Shown here: piece by piece, positions 1 through 8,420 of the stretch
Numbering within the stretch: position 1 is the first letter of the stretch
Layout of the letters: each line of letters opens with the position of its first letter
DNA from: Thermoprotei archaeon
Lineage (GTDB): Archaea > Thermoproteota > Nitrososphaeria > Geothermarchaeales > JDFR-13
Direction: 5' to 3'
Length of the DNA stretch: 24,000 bases
Assembly (NCBI GenBank): GCA_011043415.1
Contig: DQXH01000041.1
Span: 24,410-48,409 of the forward strand
Notes under the pieces: model-generated
Database searches by the model: none
What the model was told of the DNA's origin: nothing
Seen by the model: the letters and a program-made list of their open reading frames with translations, nothing else
Translations under genes and position numbers: made by a program

Positions 1-542
1 CCCAAGCCAGCAATGTAATCCCACTTAAGAATCTCCTTAACGTCATCGACTTCTATCGAAGCCCCAGATGTCTCGAACTCCGGTGTTGAAGCAGGGACAC
101 ATGATGGAATTGTATAGAAGATTTTTAGCGGCAACTCCTTACCGTTTTCAATCATGAATCTAATCCCATTTACACCTAATACATTAGCGATTTCATGGGG
201 GTCAGCGAATACAGTCGTAGTTCCATGAGGTAAGACTGCTTTAGCAAATTCAATTGGAAGAAGCATACTGCTCTCAATATGTACATGGGCGTCTATAAAG
301 CCCGGTACGATATATTTACCTCTTAAGTCAATTACCTGCGTCGAGTCACCTAATAAATGATCAATCCTCTTTCCTATATGTACGATCCTACCATACTTAA
401 TAGCAATATTATATCCATCTAGTAACTCGCCAGAATAAACATTAACTAAAATGCCATTTATCAGAACGATATCAGCCTTAACCCTCCCTAATGCAGCGTC
501 TACAAGCTCTTTATTAATTAACCATCTAGGCCTAGAATACAT
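1..542 (-). CDS. ade: adenine deaminase (amidohydrolase superfamily), N-terminal ~180 aa; the 3' end runs off the window
   Basis: Absent from the ORF track because it is truncated by the window edge. Reverse-complement translation from ATG at 540-542 gives MYSRPRWLINKELVDAALGRVKADIVLINGILVNVYSGELLDGYNIAIKYGRIVHIGKRIDHLLGDSTQVIDLRGKYIVPGFIDAHVHIESSMLLPIEFAKAVLPHGTTTVFADPHEIANVLGVNGIRFMIENG... with no stops. The block VPGFIDAHVHIESSML...LPHGTTTVFADPHEIANVLG closely parallels the E. coli Ade block as I recall it (VPGFIDAHLHIESSMM...DPHEIVNVMG), including the HxH metal ligands. Confidence 0.8.
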   Translation of the reverse strand, partial: MYSRPRWLINKELVDAALGRVKADIVLINGILVNVYSGELLDGYNIAIKYGRIVHIGKRIDHLLGDSTQVIDLRGKYIVPGFIDAHVHIESSMLLPIEFAKAVLPHGTTTVFADPHEIANVLGVNGIRFMIENGKELPLKIFYTIPSCVPASTPEFETSGASIEVDDVKEILKWDYIAGL

Positions 543-766
543 CTTTGACACCTTTACATATTTAAATCAATTTAATATTGATAAACAAATTATTTTTAAC
601 ATATTTATTTAAAATGTTAAGAGTCATCAAAAATTATATCTCAGATAATATATCTATCGTATAATATATAATGGCGGATTATGGGGCATAATATGAGGAT
701 TCACCTAGGAAACCGACGTAGAGGATAAGTTATATAAAAATTATGAAAATGGGAAAAAGACTATAT

Positions 767-1238
767 CTATTTAGTCTTCTTCAACTCCCTCAATACTTTA
801 ATTAATGCTGGTATAACGTCATCTATAATCACCTACTATCCCATGATCTGCGTTATCAAATATAGGGGCTTCTGGATCAATGTTAATAGCAACTACCCTC
901 TTAGCCTCTTTAATACTGAATAAATGCTGTACAGCTCCACTTATCCCTATTGCAAAGTAGATTTGAGGCTTTACAGTCTTTCCAGTCTGCCGCAATGCCA
1001 GTCCTAGATTATTAGCTATATATGGGGCTAATTCTCTACCTTTTAGTGTACCATCAACTAGTAGTGCTTAAGGCTTATACTTCTTGGCGAGAAGATAGAC
1101 TACCTCACCATACATGTTAGGAGCATATATCTTAAGACACTCATCATCCACGAGAAATATCTTATCGGCACCATAACATACAGGTTCTTCAGCTAAGTCG
1201 AATACGTTGATACATATAATATACGGTGGAGACAACAC
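767..1238 (-). pseudogene. etfA: relic of electron transfer flavoprotein alpha subunit (EtfA/FixB): in-frame stop, large internal deletion, C-terminal frameshift, missing N-terminus
   Basis: Hand translation of the minus strand: ...[72 protein letters not shown]|[60 protein letters not shown] lies at 1068-1070. The N-domain segment joins directly (about 985-995) to the C-terminal FAD-binding signature [12 protein letters not shown]...APIF..AD.GIVGD, so roughly 130 aa of a normal EtfA are missing. After a premature stop at 819-821 the expected C-terminus ([20 protein letters not shown]) continues in another frame to 767. Confidence 0.7.
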
Positions 1239-1358
1239 GATTATACTGTTTTAAACGACGGATTATACATTGCTGAATAGACATAGGCTATACTCGTTTA
1301 TAGATATATGAATTTCACTTCATTAGTATAGACATATAATTTAATTGTTGAGGCGGAT

Positions 1359-2720
1359 ATGATTATGAAGTATGACATAGTGGTTATTGGTGGTGGTGCA
1401 GGAGGATTTACAGCATGCTTAGAAGCTAAAAGACTATATCCTGATAAAAGTGTTTTAATGATTAGGCGTGATGAGCATACGTTAATTCCATGTGCAATAC
1501 CATACATAGCTGGTGCTTTAGGAGGAGATCTAAATAAGAATATACTCCCAGATAGTCCGCTAAAGGATTCTGGCGTTGAGATATTAATTGACGAAGTTGT
1601 TAAAATCGATAGAGAATCTAAGACTGTCGAGACTAAAAATGGTAAGGTTATAGGATATGATAAGTTGATATTAGCTCTTGGATCAACATCAATCATTCCA
1701 AAACCACTTCAGACGGATCTCGAGAATGTATTCATTATGAATAAGAGCTATAATTATGTTAAGAAGCTTATTGAAGCAATTAAAGAATCAGACAAGATAG
1801 TGGTTGTTGGTGGTGGTGTAGCTGGTGTCGAATTTACAGACGATATGATTAGACTCGGTAAGAATATATCTATTGTTGAAATACTACCGAATATATTACT
1901 ATTGAATTTCGATGAGGAAATCGCATCTATAGCCGCTGATAAACTTAAGGAGGCTGGTGTTAAACTATATACTAACACTAGTGTAACTGGATATATTGGT
2001 GAAGGTGGTAGGGTTAAAGGCGTTAAGTTAAGTAATGGTACGGTTTTAGATGCAGATATGGTATTAATTACAATTGGTGTTAAACCTAATAGCGGGCTTG
2101 CTGCTGAAGCTGGATTAAAGATTGCTGAGAATGGAGCTATTGAAGTAGATGAGTATATGCGCACGTCAGATCCAAATATATATGCTATTGGTGATTGCGC
2201 ATTAAAGAGAGACATATTTACTGGATCTCCAGCACCATACCTTCTAGCATCAGTAGCAGCATATGAAGCTAGAATTGCAGTTGAGAATCTATATGGTGTT
2301 AAATCAGTTAAGCCATTTAAAGGAATAATACCAGTATTACTAACAACTATACGTGGTTTATGTTTCGGAGCAGCAGGATTAATTGAATCTACAGCTAAGA
2401 GATATGGTATCGAGTATGTTAAGGAAACTCATGAAACAGTCGATATACACCCTGGTACATTAACAACACCTAATAAGATTACTATGAAGATGCTATTCTC
2501 AAGTAAGAACTATAGATTATTAGGCGTTCAAGCAGTTGGAGGTAAGTCTATATCTGAGCTGATAAATCTACTTGCATTCGCTATATCTAGAGGTGTTAAC
2601 ATATATGACTTACACATGCTTCCATACGGTACACAGCCATATCTAACAGCATCACCAATAGCATATCCAGTACCAAATATTGCATCCAAGATATTAAAGA
2701 GGATATTCAGCTCCAATTAA
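1359..2720 (+). CDS. FAD-dependent pyridine nucleotide-disulfide oxidoreductase, NADH oxidase / CoA-disulfide reductase family
   Basis: 453-aa ORF. N-terminal FAD Rossmann motif DIVVIGGGAGG, a single candidate redox Cys in LIPCAIPYI (position comparable to the Cys of Nox/CoADR SFxxCxLPY), a second dinucleotide motif KIVVVGGGVAGVE, the IYAIGDC motif and a C-terminal dimerisation-type domain. GAGG Shine-Dalgarno-like element just upstream. The start could be ATG 1359 or ATG 1365. Confidence 0.85.
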   Translation: MIMKYDIVVIGGGAGGFTACLEAKRLYPDKSVLMIRRDEHTLIPCAIPYIAGALGGDLNKNILPDSPLKDSGVEILIDEVVKIDRESKTVETKNGKVIGYDKLILALGSTSIIPKPLQTDLENVFIMNKSYNYVKKLIEAIKESDKIVVVGGGVAGVEFTDDMIRLGKNISIVEILPNILLLNFDEEIASIAADKLKEAGVKLYTNTSVTGYIGEGGRVKGVKLSNGTVLDADMVLITIGVKPNSGLAAEAGLKIAENGAIEVDEYMRTSDPNIYAIGDCALKRDIFTGSPAPYLLASVAAYEARIAVENLYGVKSVKPFKGIIPVLLTTIRGLCFGAAGLIESTAKRYGIEYVKETHETVDIHPGTLTTPNKITMKMLFSSKNYRLLGVQAVGGKSISELINLLAFAISRGVNIYDLHMLPYGTQPYLTASPIAYPVPNIASKILKRIFSSN

Positions 2721-2756
2721 ACACCTTTTTAAATTATATTTTTGATAGTGCATCAT

Positions 2757-2996
2757 CTAGATTATTAGTATTTCATTTAAATCTTCAAGACCCACCAATA
2801 ATCTAAGTAAGTTATTCGTAATACCTAACTCTCTTTTAACCTCCTCATCCATCGTCTTAGCAACACTTAACACAGGATATGAAATTAATATCTCAGTACC
2901 TCCAAAACTAGGTGATGCTTTAATCAACTTAAGACTCATTAATAACTCCATAACTTCACTCCTACCACCTTTAATTTTAAAGCCTACTACACTTCT
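2757..2996 (-). pseudogene. C-terminal ~80-aa fragment of a Cys/Met-metabolism PLP-dependent enzyme (cystathionine gamma-synthase/lyase or O-acetylhomoserine sulfhydrylase type)
   Basis: Translation RSVVGFKIKGGRSEVMELLMSLKLIKASPSFGGTEILISYPVLSVAKTMDEEVKRELGITNNLLRLLVGLEDLNEILII* matches the conserved C-terminal pattern of this family (..SF.lkGG......f...LkL...A.SLGGvESLI..P......m..E.....GI...LiRlSvGiED..DLi). Everything upstream, including the PLP-lysine region, is absent. The 64-aa track ORF 2757..2951 is part of this fragment. Confidence 0.6.
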
Positions 2997-3345
2997 ATAA
3001 AGCTCATACCTAAATAACTTCCTAGCAATCCAGCCAGTTAAGTCAGTTAAATATGTTGTAAAACTGGTTGACTCAGTCTCCTCATATTCAAGCGTAGTAA
3101 TCTCGCCATCAGATATAAATGAAACTCTCTTTTGTCACTTACCTATGTATAGGCGCTATCTTCTCGAAATCCTCATATATCCTTCTCAAAGGCTCTGCAT
3201 ACACTCTACCGCCAAACATATTTTTTACTCCGAGGCACCATGCCTCGCTCCCCAATAGAACTTTAAATCCCTCCTTAGCAAGGGTGTATGCAGCTGAAGA
3301 ACCTACAGGTCAGGCTCCAACTACTATAGCACCGAATCTCTCCAT
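2997..3345 (-). pseudogene. fixC: relic of FixC-type FAD-dependent ETF:quinone oxidoreductase, N-terminal ~115 aa with two in-frame stops and a frameshift
   Basis: From ATG 3343-3345: MERFGAIVVGA*PVGSSAAYTLAKEGFKVLLGSEAWCLGVKNMFGGRVYAEPLRRIYEDFEKIAPIHR*VTKESFIY, then a frameshift, then ISDGEITTLEYEETESTSFTTYLTDLTGWIARKLFRYELY. TGA at 3310-3312 interrupts the GAGPAGS dinucleotide-binding motif and TAA lies at 3139-3141. The pattern VVGAGPxGSSAAYTLAKxGxKVLLLE...KNMFGGRVY is typical of FixC. Confidence 0.7.
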
Positions 3346-3546
3346 GCTAATCACCTAAGATTTAGGCATTTATATATCCAACTTTACATACATCGTCTGT
3401 ATTTATAAAAATAGAGGTTTATACATGGCATAAACGATAATAACATAATTAATAGATAATTTAACGCAATTTACCGTTAAAATAGAAGGATATAGAATCT
3501 ATTTACATAAGCATAAATAATAACAATAATATGCAAAGCTGGGAAT

Positions 3547-4788
3547 ATGTCTAAGATTATAAGTAGAATTAAAGAGGATCTCAGTATATTAGAAGGTAAT
3601 CTACTAATCCTTATCATATCGTGGATCCTAATGCATTTTGGAAATGGAATGGCCTATCCATTTCAATCTCCATATATCCAGGAATTAGGTGCATCCCCGA
3701 CTATAATAGGGTTTATATGGTCTATTGGATTAATTATATTGTTCTTTGTTAGGATACCAGGCTCATATATAGCAGACAGATATGGGAGGAGAAGGATAAT
3801 AGTCTTAATGACATATGGAGTTGCATTATCATATGTTTTCTATGTAATAGCTCCAGACTGGAGATTCATATTAATTGGAGTAGTATCAATGAATCTATGT
3901 TTAATTTATCAGCCTGCTTTAGAAGCGATTACAGCCGATTCAATACCCCCAGATAAGCGGGGACTGGGCTTCGCGTTAACTAGAATAGTTCCAGAGGCTG
4001 TAGAGATAGTATCACCATTTATAGGGGGGTATATCACGTATAAGCTAGGTTTAGTCAGTGGGATGAGGATTATATATACAGCTATAGTAATACTTTCTAT
4101 ATCGGCAGCTTCAATTAGATATGCCTTCCTTAAGGAGACTCTAGATGTCAAGTCCAGAGATACTCATTTAAGCCTTAAAAATCTGTATATAGAGAGTGTG
4201 AAATCCCTAATAGAGGCTTGGAAGGAAGCCCCGAAGACACTTAAATATCTTACAGTTGTATTAATGCTGAGTTCATTTGAAGACCCCATTTACATGAATT
4301 TCGCCTCATTATATGTACTTGAGAAGATTAAAGTGACTGAGTTGGAGTGGGGTGGCGTAAATACTTTATTTGCTATATCCTCCTTAATTGCCGGAATCCC
4401 GATGGGTAAACTCGTCGATAAGATTGGTAGAAGAAACTCTATAGTAGTATCATATATAATATTTACACCCCTAACACTATGGTTCATCTACTCACACTCA
4501 GCAGTTGAATTAGCTATTATATTCATAGGCTATGGAATAGGCAGTATTTTAATTGGCCCAGCCTTCAATGCGTTAACAGCCGATTTAGTCCCGAAGGAGT
4601 TAAGGGGAAGGGTTATGGGGGCGATAGGAAACCTAAATATATTAGCTTCTGCAGTATCAAGTATGATCTCAGGAATATTATATGATTTAGACCCTGCATT
4701 ACCCTTCTTCATGTCACTAGCGATAGGGATCACATGCTTATCCATGGTCATGCTACTCATTAAAGAACCTCGTAGAAGGATAGATTAG
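3547..4788 (+). CDS. major facilitator superfamily (MFS) transporter
   Basis: 413-aa ORF with about 12 hydrophobic segments. MFS motif A between TM2 and TM3 (GSYIADRYGRRRIIV) and a second GKLVDKIGRR repeat in the C-terminal half, giving the typical 6+6 duplication. Substrate not inferable. Confidence 0.8.
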   Translation: MSKIISRIKEDLSILEGNLLILIISWILMHFGNGMAYPFQSPYIQELGASPTIIGFIWSIGLIILFFVRIPGSYIADRYGRRRIIVLMTYGVALSYVFYVIAPDWRFILIGVVSMNLCLIYQPALEAITADSIPPDKRGLGFALTRIVPEAVEIVSPFIGGYITYKLGLVSGMRIIYTAIVILSISAASIRYAFLKETLDVKSRDTHLSLKNLYIESVKSLIEAWKEAPKTLKYLTVVLMLSSFEDPIYMNFASLYVLEKIKVTELEWGGVNTLFAISSLIAGIPMGKLVDKIGRRNSIVVSYIIFTPLTLWFIYSHSAVELAIIFIGYGIGSILIGPAFNALTADLVPKELRGRVMGAIGNLNILASAVSSMISGILYDLDPALPFFMSLAIGITCLSMVMLLIKEPRRRID

Positions 4789-4800
4789 AACCAGATATAT

Positions 4801-4808
4801 TTTATAAA
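4801..4808 (+). promoter_or_regulatory. candidate archaeal TATA box (TTTATAAA) for the 4831 gene; the geometry implies a leaderless mRNA
   Basis: TTTATAAA is centred about 27 nt upstream of ATG 4831, within a 42-nt intergenic spacer, with no Shine-Dalgarno motif in between. Confidence 0.45.
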
Positions 4809-4830
4809 TTATCGTACATTATTTTTATCG

Positions 4831-6024
4831 ATGTTCGGGACATTATTAGCAGATTATAAGCATATAGAATTTACTGTATATGACGAAAATGATAGTATAA
4901 TAACTAGGTTTAGGAGAGAATTAAGGGATTACAGGGAATTAGGTGATATTATTAACAATATTCTTAATGATATTGAGGAGGATAGATATAAAATTAGGTA
5001 TTTAGGTATAGCCTCGGAACCATCAATCATATTTAAATGGAGTAGTAATGATATTAAGGTGTATGGAAGAGATATATTGACTGAGACCTCGGGAAAGCCG
5101 GGACTGCTCCATAGATTCTCTAAATATAAGTATACATTCAACAGCTGGATTCCCGGGAATATAATCTCGCATATTAAGGGGAGTCCGGGGTATATGGTTG
5201 GGAATATAAATATGTATGTGATCAACTACGCATCAGATAATCATATTATAGATGCATCTACAGCAACTTCATTCGGGTTATACGATCCATTAGATTTAAA
5301 GGAGATAAATAGCGTGTTTAAACGGCTTGACATTAAATGGTTTAACCCCATGATCTACGATAACATAGCTAAATTTGGATATTTAGGAAATACAGAGATA
5401 GTGGTTTCTACTACGATATCGTCGGCTAGGATAATGGGTGTAGGGTGTTTGAGAAAAGGATGCACGTTAATACATGTAGATGAATACCCCCATGTAACTA
5501 GGGTGATTGATGAATTGATTTACCCGTCTAGAGGGTCTATACCGTTAATTATCTTGAAAGTAGGAGATTATGTTAAATACGGCTTAGAAATCTCGAGCTT
5601 TGAAAAAATTAGTTCTCCAGCCTCCGACCATATTACTTATAAAGACGTATCCCACTCAAAAACTGATTCAGATATAGAAGATGCATGGATTGATATAATG
5701 GGATTTAAGATATATACGTTACTCGATAGCGTTATGAGAGACTTTGAGCACCCTCCAGATCTAATCTACTTTACATCAAGTGGAGAAGTATGTGATAGGC
5801 TTATTCAGAGGATTGCTGATTATAGTGGATATATTGTCGCTGAGTTACATGATACTGCCTCTATAGGTTTATTAAGACTCATTAAGATGGCTACACTATC
5901 ATATCGATTCGACGATATATATGAGGTTGAGAATGCTCGACATCTATATCATCCCTCTATAAAGGAGAATGAGAGGATTAAGTTAATTAGTGAATTAGGT
6001 AAGAGGATTGATAAACATTTCTAA
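4831..6024 (+). CDS. divergent FGGY/ASKHA carbohydrate-kinase-like protein, probably catalytically degenerate
   Basis: The 397-aa ORF is collinear with glycerol/xylulose-kinase-type FGGY proteins. LLADYKHIEFTVYDENDSII aligns with LGIDxGTTSxRxxxFDxxGxxx (glycine/threonine phosphate loop lost). IRYLGIASEPSIIFKW aligns with IxAIGITNQRETxxxW. IIDASTATSFGLYD aligns with xTDxSNASRTxLxD. IYFTSSGEVCDRLIQRIADYSGYIV....ASIGLLRL aligns with IxxxGGGxxSxxxxQxxADxxGxPV....AxGAAxLA (GGG replaced by TSSG). It is about 100 aa shorter than typical family members. Confidence 0.45.
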   Translation: MFGTLLADYKHIEFTVYDENDSIITRFRRELRDYRELGDIINNILNDIEEDRYKIRYLGIASEPSIIFKWSSNDIKVYGRDILTETSGKPGLLHRFSKYKYTFNSWIPGNIISHIKGSPGYMVGNINMYVINYASDNHIIDASTATSFGLYDPLDLKEINSVFKRLDIKWFNPMIYDNIAKFGYLGNTEIVVSTTISSARIMGVGCLRKGCTLIHVDEYPHVTRVIDELIYPSRGSIPLIILKVGDYVKYGLEISSFEKISSPASDHITYKDVSHSKTDSDIEDAWIDIMGFKIYTLLDSVMRDFEHPPDLIYFTSSGEVCDRLIQRIADYSGYIVAELHDTASIGLLRLIKMATLSYRFDDIYEVENARHLYHPSIKENERIKLISELGKRIDKHF

Positions 6025-7349
6025 TCAATTACAATCTCCCTATCTTTAGTTAATACTACTGCCGAGGCTATAATTAGTATTGTTATAGATAGGATTGAAG
6101 CTGGTGCAATTAACTTAGGTCCTGCATCCTCGATCGGACCGTAGCTAGATAACTCAAACCTAAACATCACATTTCTCTCGAGACTTATGCGGACGCCTCT
6201 AACATATATGACGTCAGTCACCATAGTGCCATTCATAAATTTAAGTATCCCATTCGAATCATATTCCGCGTATGCATCTAGATCAACCCTAACCTTAACA
6301 TTGTATTTAGGTGCATCCACTAGTGAGTTGAACCTTAATATACCTTCATAATTAGGTTTATATGAGACTAAGTCAGCCCAGTAAATCCTATTCCAGACGA
6401 TTCTCGGGAGACTCTGCATTGGATACGTCAATACACCCCCACTAGGACTATATATTGTGTAGTCAGATATCACCGTCTCCTCACCATATACACCGATTAG
6501 ATATGAATAGACATCCGACTTCAAGGCGTATGAGGCGTGGAGTGAATATATTGATCCAAGTAGCAATAGAATGATGAAGAATTGAAATAGTATCTTCGCC
6601 TTCCTCTCTATACCACGTCTTCTTATTAGAATATATTCCCCCAGGAAGTGATCATATAATATCTTGACCCTCTCCCTCTTAATCCAGCTGGGTATTAATA
6701 CAGGGAGAAGCGCTATCCCGGCGATGAAGCCGCCTGCATGTGCAAAGAATGCGACTCCCTGCATCGACGTATATCCCAATATAACCTGCATACCAAACCA
6801 TAAAAGTAGTAGGTAAACTGCTTTAGCCGTGAAACACCATGGAATGAACCAGAAGAACCAGCATACGGTTAAATCCCTATGAGGATATAATAGTAAGAAA
6901 GCACCTAATACACCGCTTATAGCGCCTGAAGCACCTAGGGCAGGTATAAATAGATTCGATAATCCTAGTACGCTTATGAATGATACGTGGAATAAGGATG
7001 CAAATATACCGGATAGCATATATAATGTTAGATACTTTAAATGGCCTAGGGTACCTTCGACTTCACGGCCGAATATATAGAGGAAGTACATGTTGAAGAA
7101 TATATGAAATATATTTTGGTGTAGGAACATACTTGTAATGATTCTATACCACTCATTATATAGTAGTGTAAATGGCGTTAAGGCATATATCCTAACCCAG
7201 TAGTCACCAATCTCTATAAAACTATTTTCGTATGTGGTTAACAAATATATTAGTACATTTAACCCGATTAAAGTATATGTGATAACCGGCTTCCCAAATT
7301 CCTTGCTCTCTACATCTACGGGTAGTAGTGCCAAGTCAGCTGCACCCAA
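6021..7349 (-). CDS. rhomboid-family intramembrane serine protease with a C-terminal extra-TM / extracytoplasmic-domain / TM-anchor extension
   Basis: 442-aa ORF. Rhomboid signatures are in order: FLHQNIFHIFFNMYFLYIFG (TM2 HxxxN), GASGAISGVLGAF (catalytic GxSG) and AHAGGFIAGIALL (catalytic His). These are followed by a basic loop, a further TM (ILFQFFIILLLLGSIYSL), a soluble segment of about 150 aa and a terminal TM (LIAPASILSITILIIASAVVL). The start at 7349 is TTG and there is no ATG until well inside the core, so the start is uncertain. Confidence 0.8.
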   Translation of the reverse strand: MGAADLALLPVDVESKEFGKPVITYTLIGLNVLIYLLTTYENSFIEIGDYWVRIYALTPFTLLYNEWYRIITSMFLHQNIFHIFFNMYFLYIFGREVEGTLGHLKYLTLYMLSGIFASLFHVSFISVLGLSNLFIPALGASGAISGVLGAFLLLYPHRDLTVCWFFWFIPWCFTAKAVYLLLLWFGMQVILGYTSMQGVAFFAHAGGFIAGIALLPVLIPSWIKRERVKILYDHFLGEYILIRRRGIERKAKILFQFFIILLLLGSIYSLHASYALKSDVYSYLIGVYGEETVISDYTIYSPSGGVLTYPMQSLPRIVWNRIYWADLVSYKPNYEGILRFNSLVDAPKYNVKVRVDLDAYAEYDSNGILKFMNGTMVTDVIYVRGVRISLERNVMFRFELSSYGPIEDAGPKLIAPASILSITILIIASAVVLTKDREIVID

Positions 7350-7368
7350 TTAAGAATCGATAATAAAA

Positions 7369-8331
7369 TTATTTAAATACGTAATTTTTATACCAATCGA
7401 TAGTATTCCTAATCCCCTCCTTAAGCGATACCTTAGGAGACCAATTAAGAATCGCTCTTGCTTTACTTATATCAGCTTTAATCCTATATATCTCATGCCT
7501 CCTCCTCGGTTTATAAATGGGATCTACATCTTTGTAGCCCAGAATAGATGATATTATATTAAGTAAGTCTAGTATACTTGTCTCGACGCCGGAACCTATA
7601 TTAAGTATATTAAATCCTTCTAATTCCATTGATCTGATACTGGCTTCCACAACATCATCAACATATATAAAATCTCTAGTTTGCCTGCCATCCCCAAATA
7701 TCACTGGACGTAGATTTTTAGATAATGATGTTATAAAATTATGTATTACACTTGCATATGGACCGCCTCTCATCCTAGGGCCATATACATTAAAATAACG
7801 CAGTATGATAGTATTCAATCCATATTTAATATAGTAATGATTCAATAGCATCTCACCGAGATATTTCATGTATCCGTATAAATTAGTTGGGTTGGCCTTA
7901 TGACTCTCTGAAACAGGTAGATTATGAGGCTCTCCATATACTGCAGCACTCGAGGCATATATAATCGTATTTACACCATATTTTACAGCAGTATCTAGAA
8001 TGTTCATAGTAGCTATGACATTTGATTTAAAAGCTGTAATAGGGTCCTTCTCCACCTCCTCTAATCCAGTCACTGCAGCTAAATGAAAAACTACGTCAGT
8101 ATCCCGAGGAAAAACCTTATTAAGATGCTTGTTACATGAGAGGTCGATGTTATAGAATTTAATGGATTCTTCTTCCAAGAGACTAATGATATTATCTAGC
8201 GAACCAGAGTAAAGGTTGTCTATAATATATACTTCACTGCATGTATAGCCATAATATAACCTTCTAATGAGATTACTGCCTATAAAACCAGCCCCACCCG
8301 TGACTAAACATCCCTTGTACGACATCTTCAT
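7369..8331 (-). CDS. NAD-dependent epimerase/dehydratase (extended SDR, UDP-sugar 4-epimerase-like)
   Basis: 320-aa ORF with TGGAGFIGSNL (NAD Rossmann motif), the ASSAAVYG catalytic Ser region and YGYMKYLGE (YxxxK). It lies 19 nt upstream of the rhomboid gene on the same strand. Confidence 0.85.
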   Translation of the reverse strand: MKMSYKGCLVTGGAGFIGSNLIRRLYYGYTCSEVYIIDNLYSGSLDNIISLLEEESIKFYNIDLSCNKHLNKVFPRDTDVVFHLAAVTGLEEVEKDPITAFKSNVIATMNILDTAVKYGVNTIIYASSAAVYGEPHNLPVSESHKANPTNLYGYMKYLGEMLLNHYYIKYGLNTIILRYFNVYGPRMRGGPYASVIHNFITSLSKNLRPVIFGDGRQTRDFIYVDDVVEASIRSMELEGFNILNIGSGVETSILDLLNIISSILGYKDVDPIYKPRRRHEIYRIKADISKARAILNWSPKVSLKEGIRNTIDWYKNYVFK

Positions 8332-8420
8332 CTATTTAGAGAATTAGTTGAAGTAAATTATAAGCTAGATGGCAAAGTATATCTAATATATCATGAGTTT
8401 AATTAAATTATAGTTATATT

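Noticed and set aside
596-620. Perfect 7-bp inverted repeat TTAACAT-N11-ATGTTAA upstream of ade
   Set aside because: It could be an operator, but a 7-bp A/T palindrome in a very AT-rich spacer is expected by chance. There is no second copy in the window to support a regulon motif.
1298-2716. Track ORFs on the minus strand (1298..1696, 1754..2215, 2528..2716) antisense to the disulfide oxidoreductase gene
   Set aside because: They are low-complexity Ser/Ile/Pro-rich translations, typical of the antisense frame of an AT-rich gene. The sense ORF has clear FAD/NAD motifs and no family signal appears in these ORFs.
3119-3358. 79-aa + strand ORF
   Set aside because: It lies exactly antisense to the fixC relic, whose minus-strand translation has strong family motifs. 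The + strand product has no recognisable features.
3909-5225. Minus-strand ORFs 3909..4151, 4290..4487, 4530..4760 and 4929..5225
   Set aside because: They are antisense shadows of the MFS and FGGY-like genes, with no motifs and composition typical of non-coding frames.
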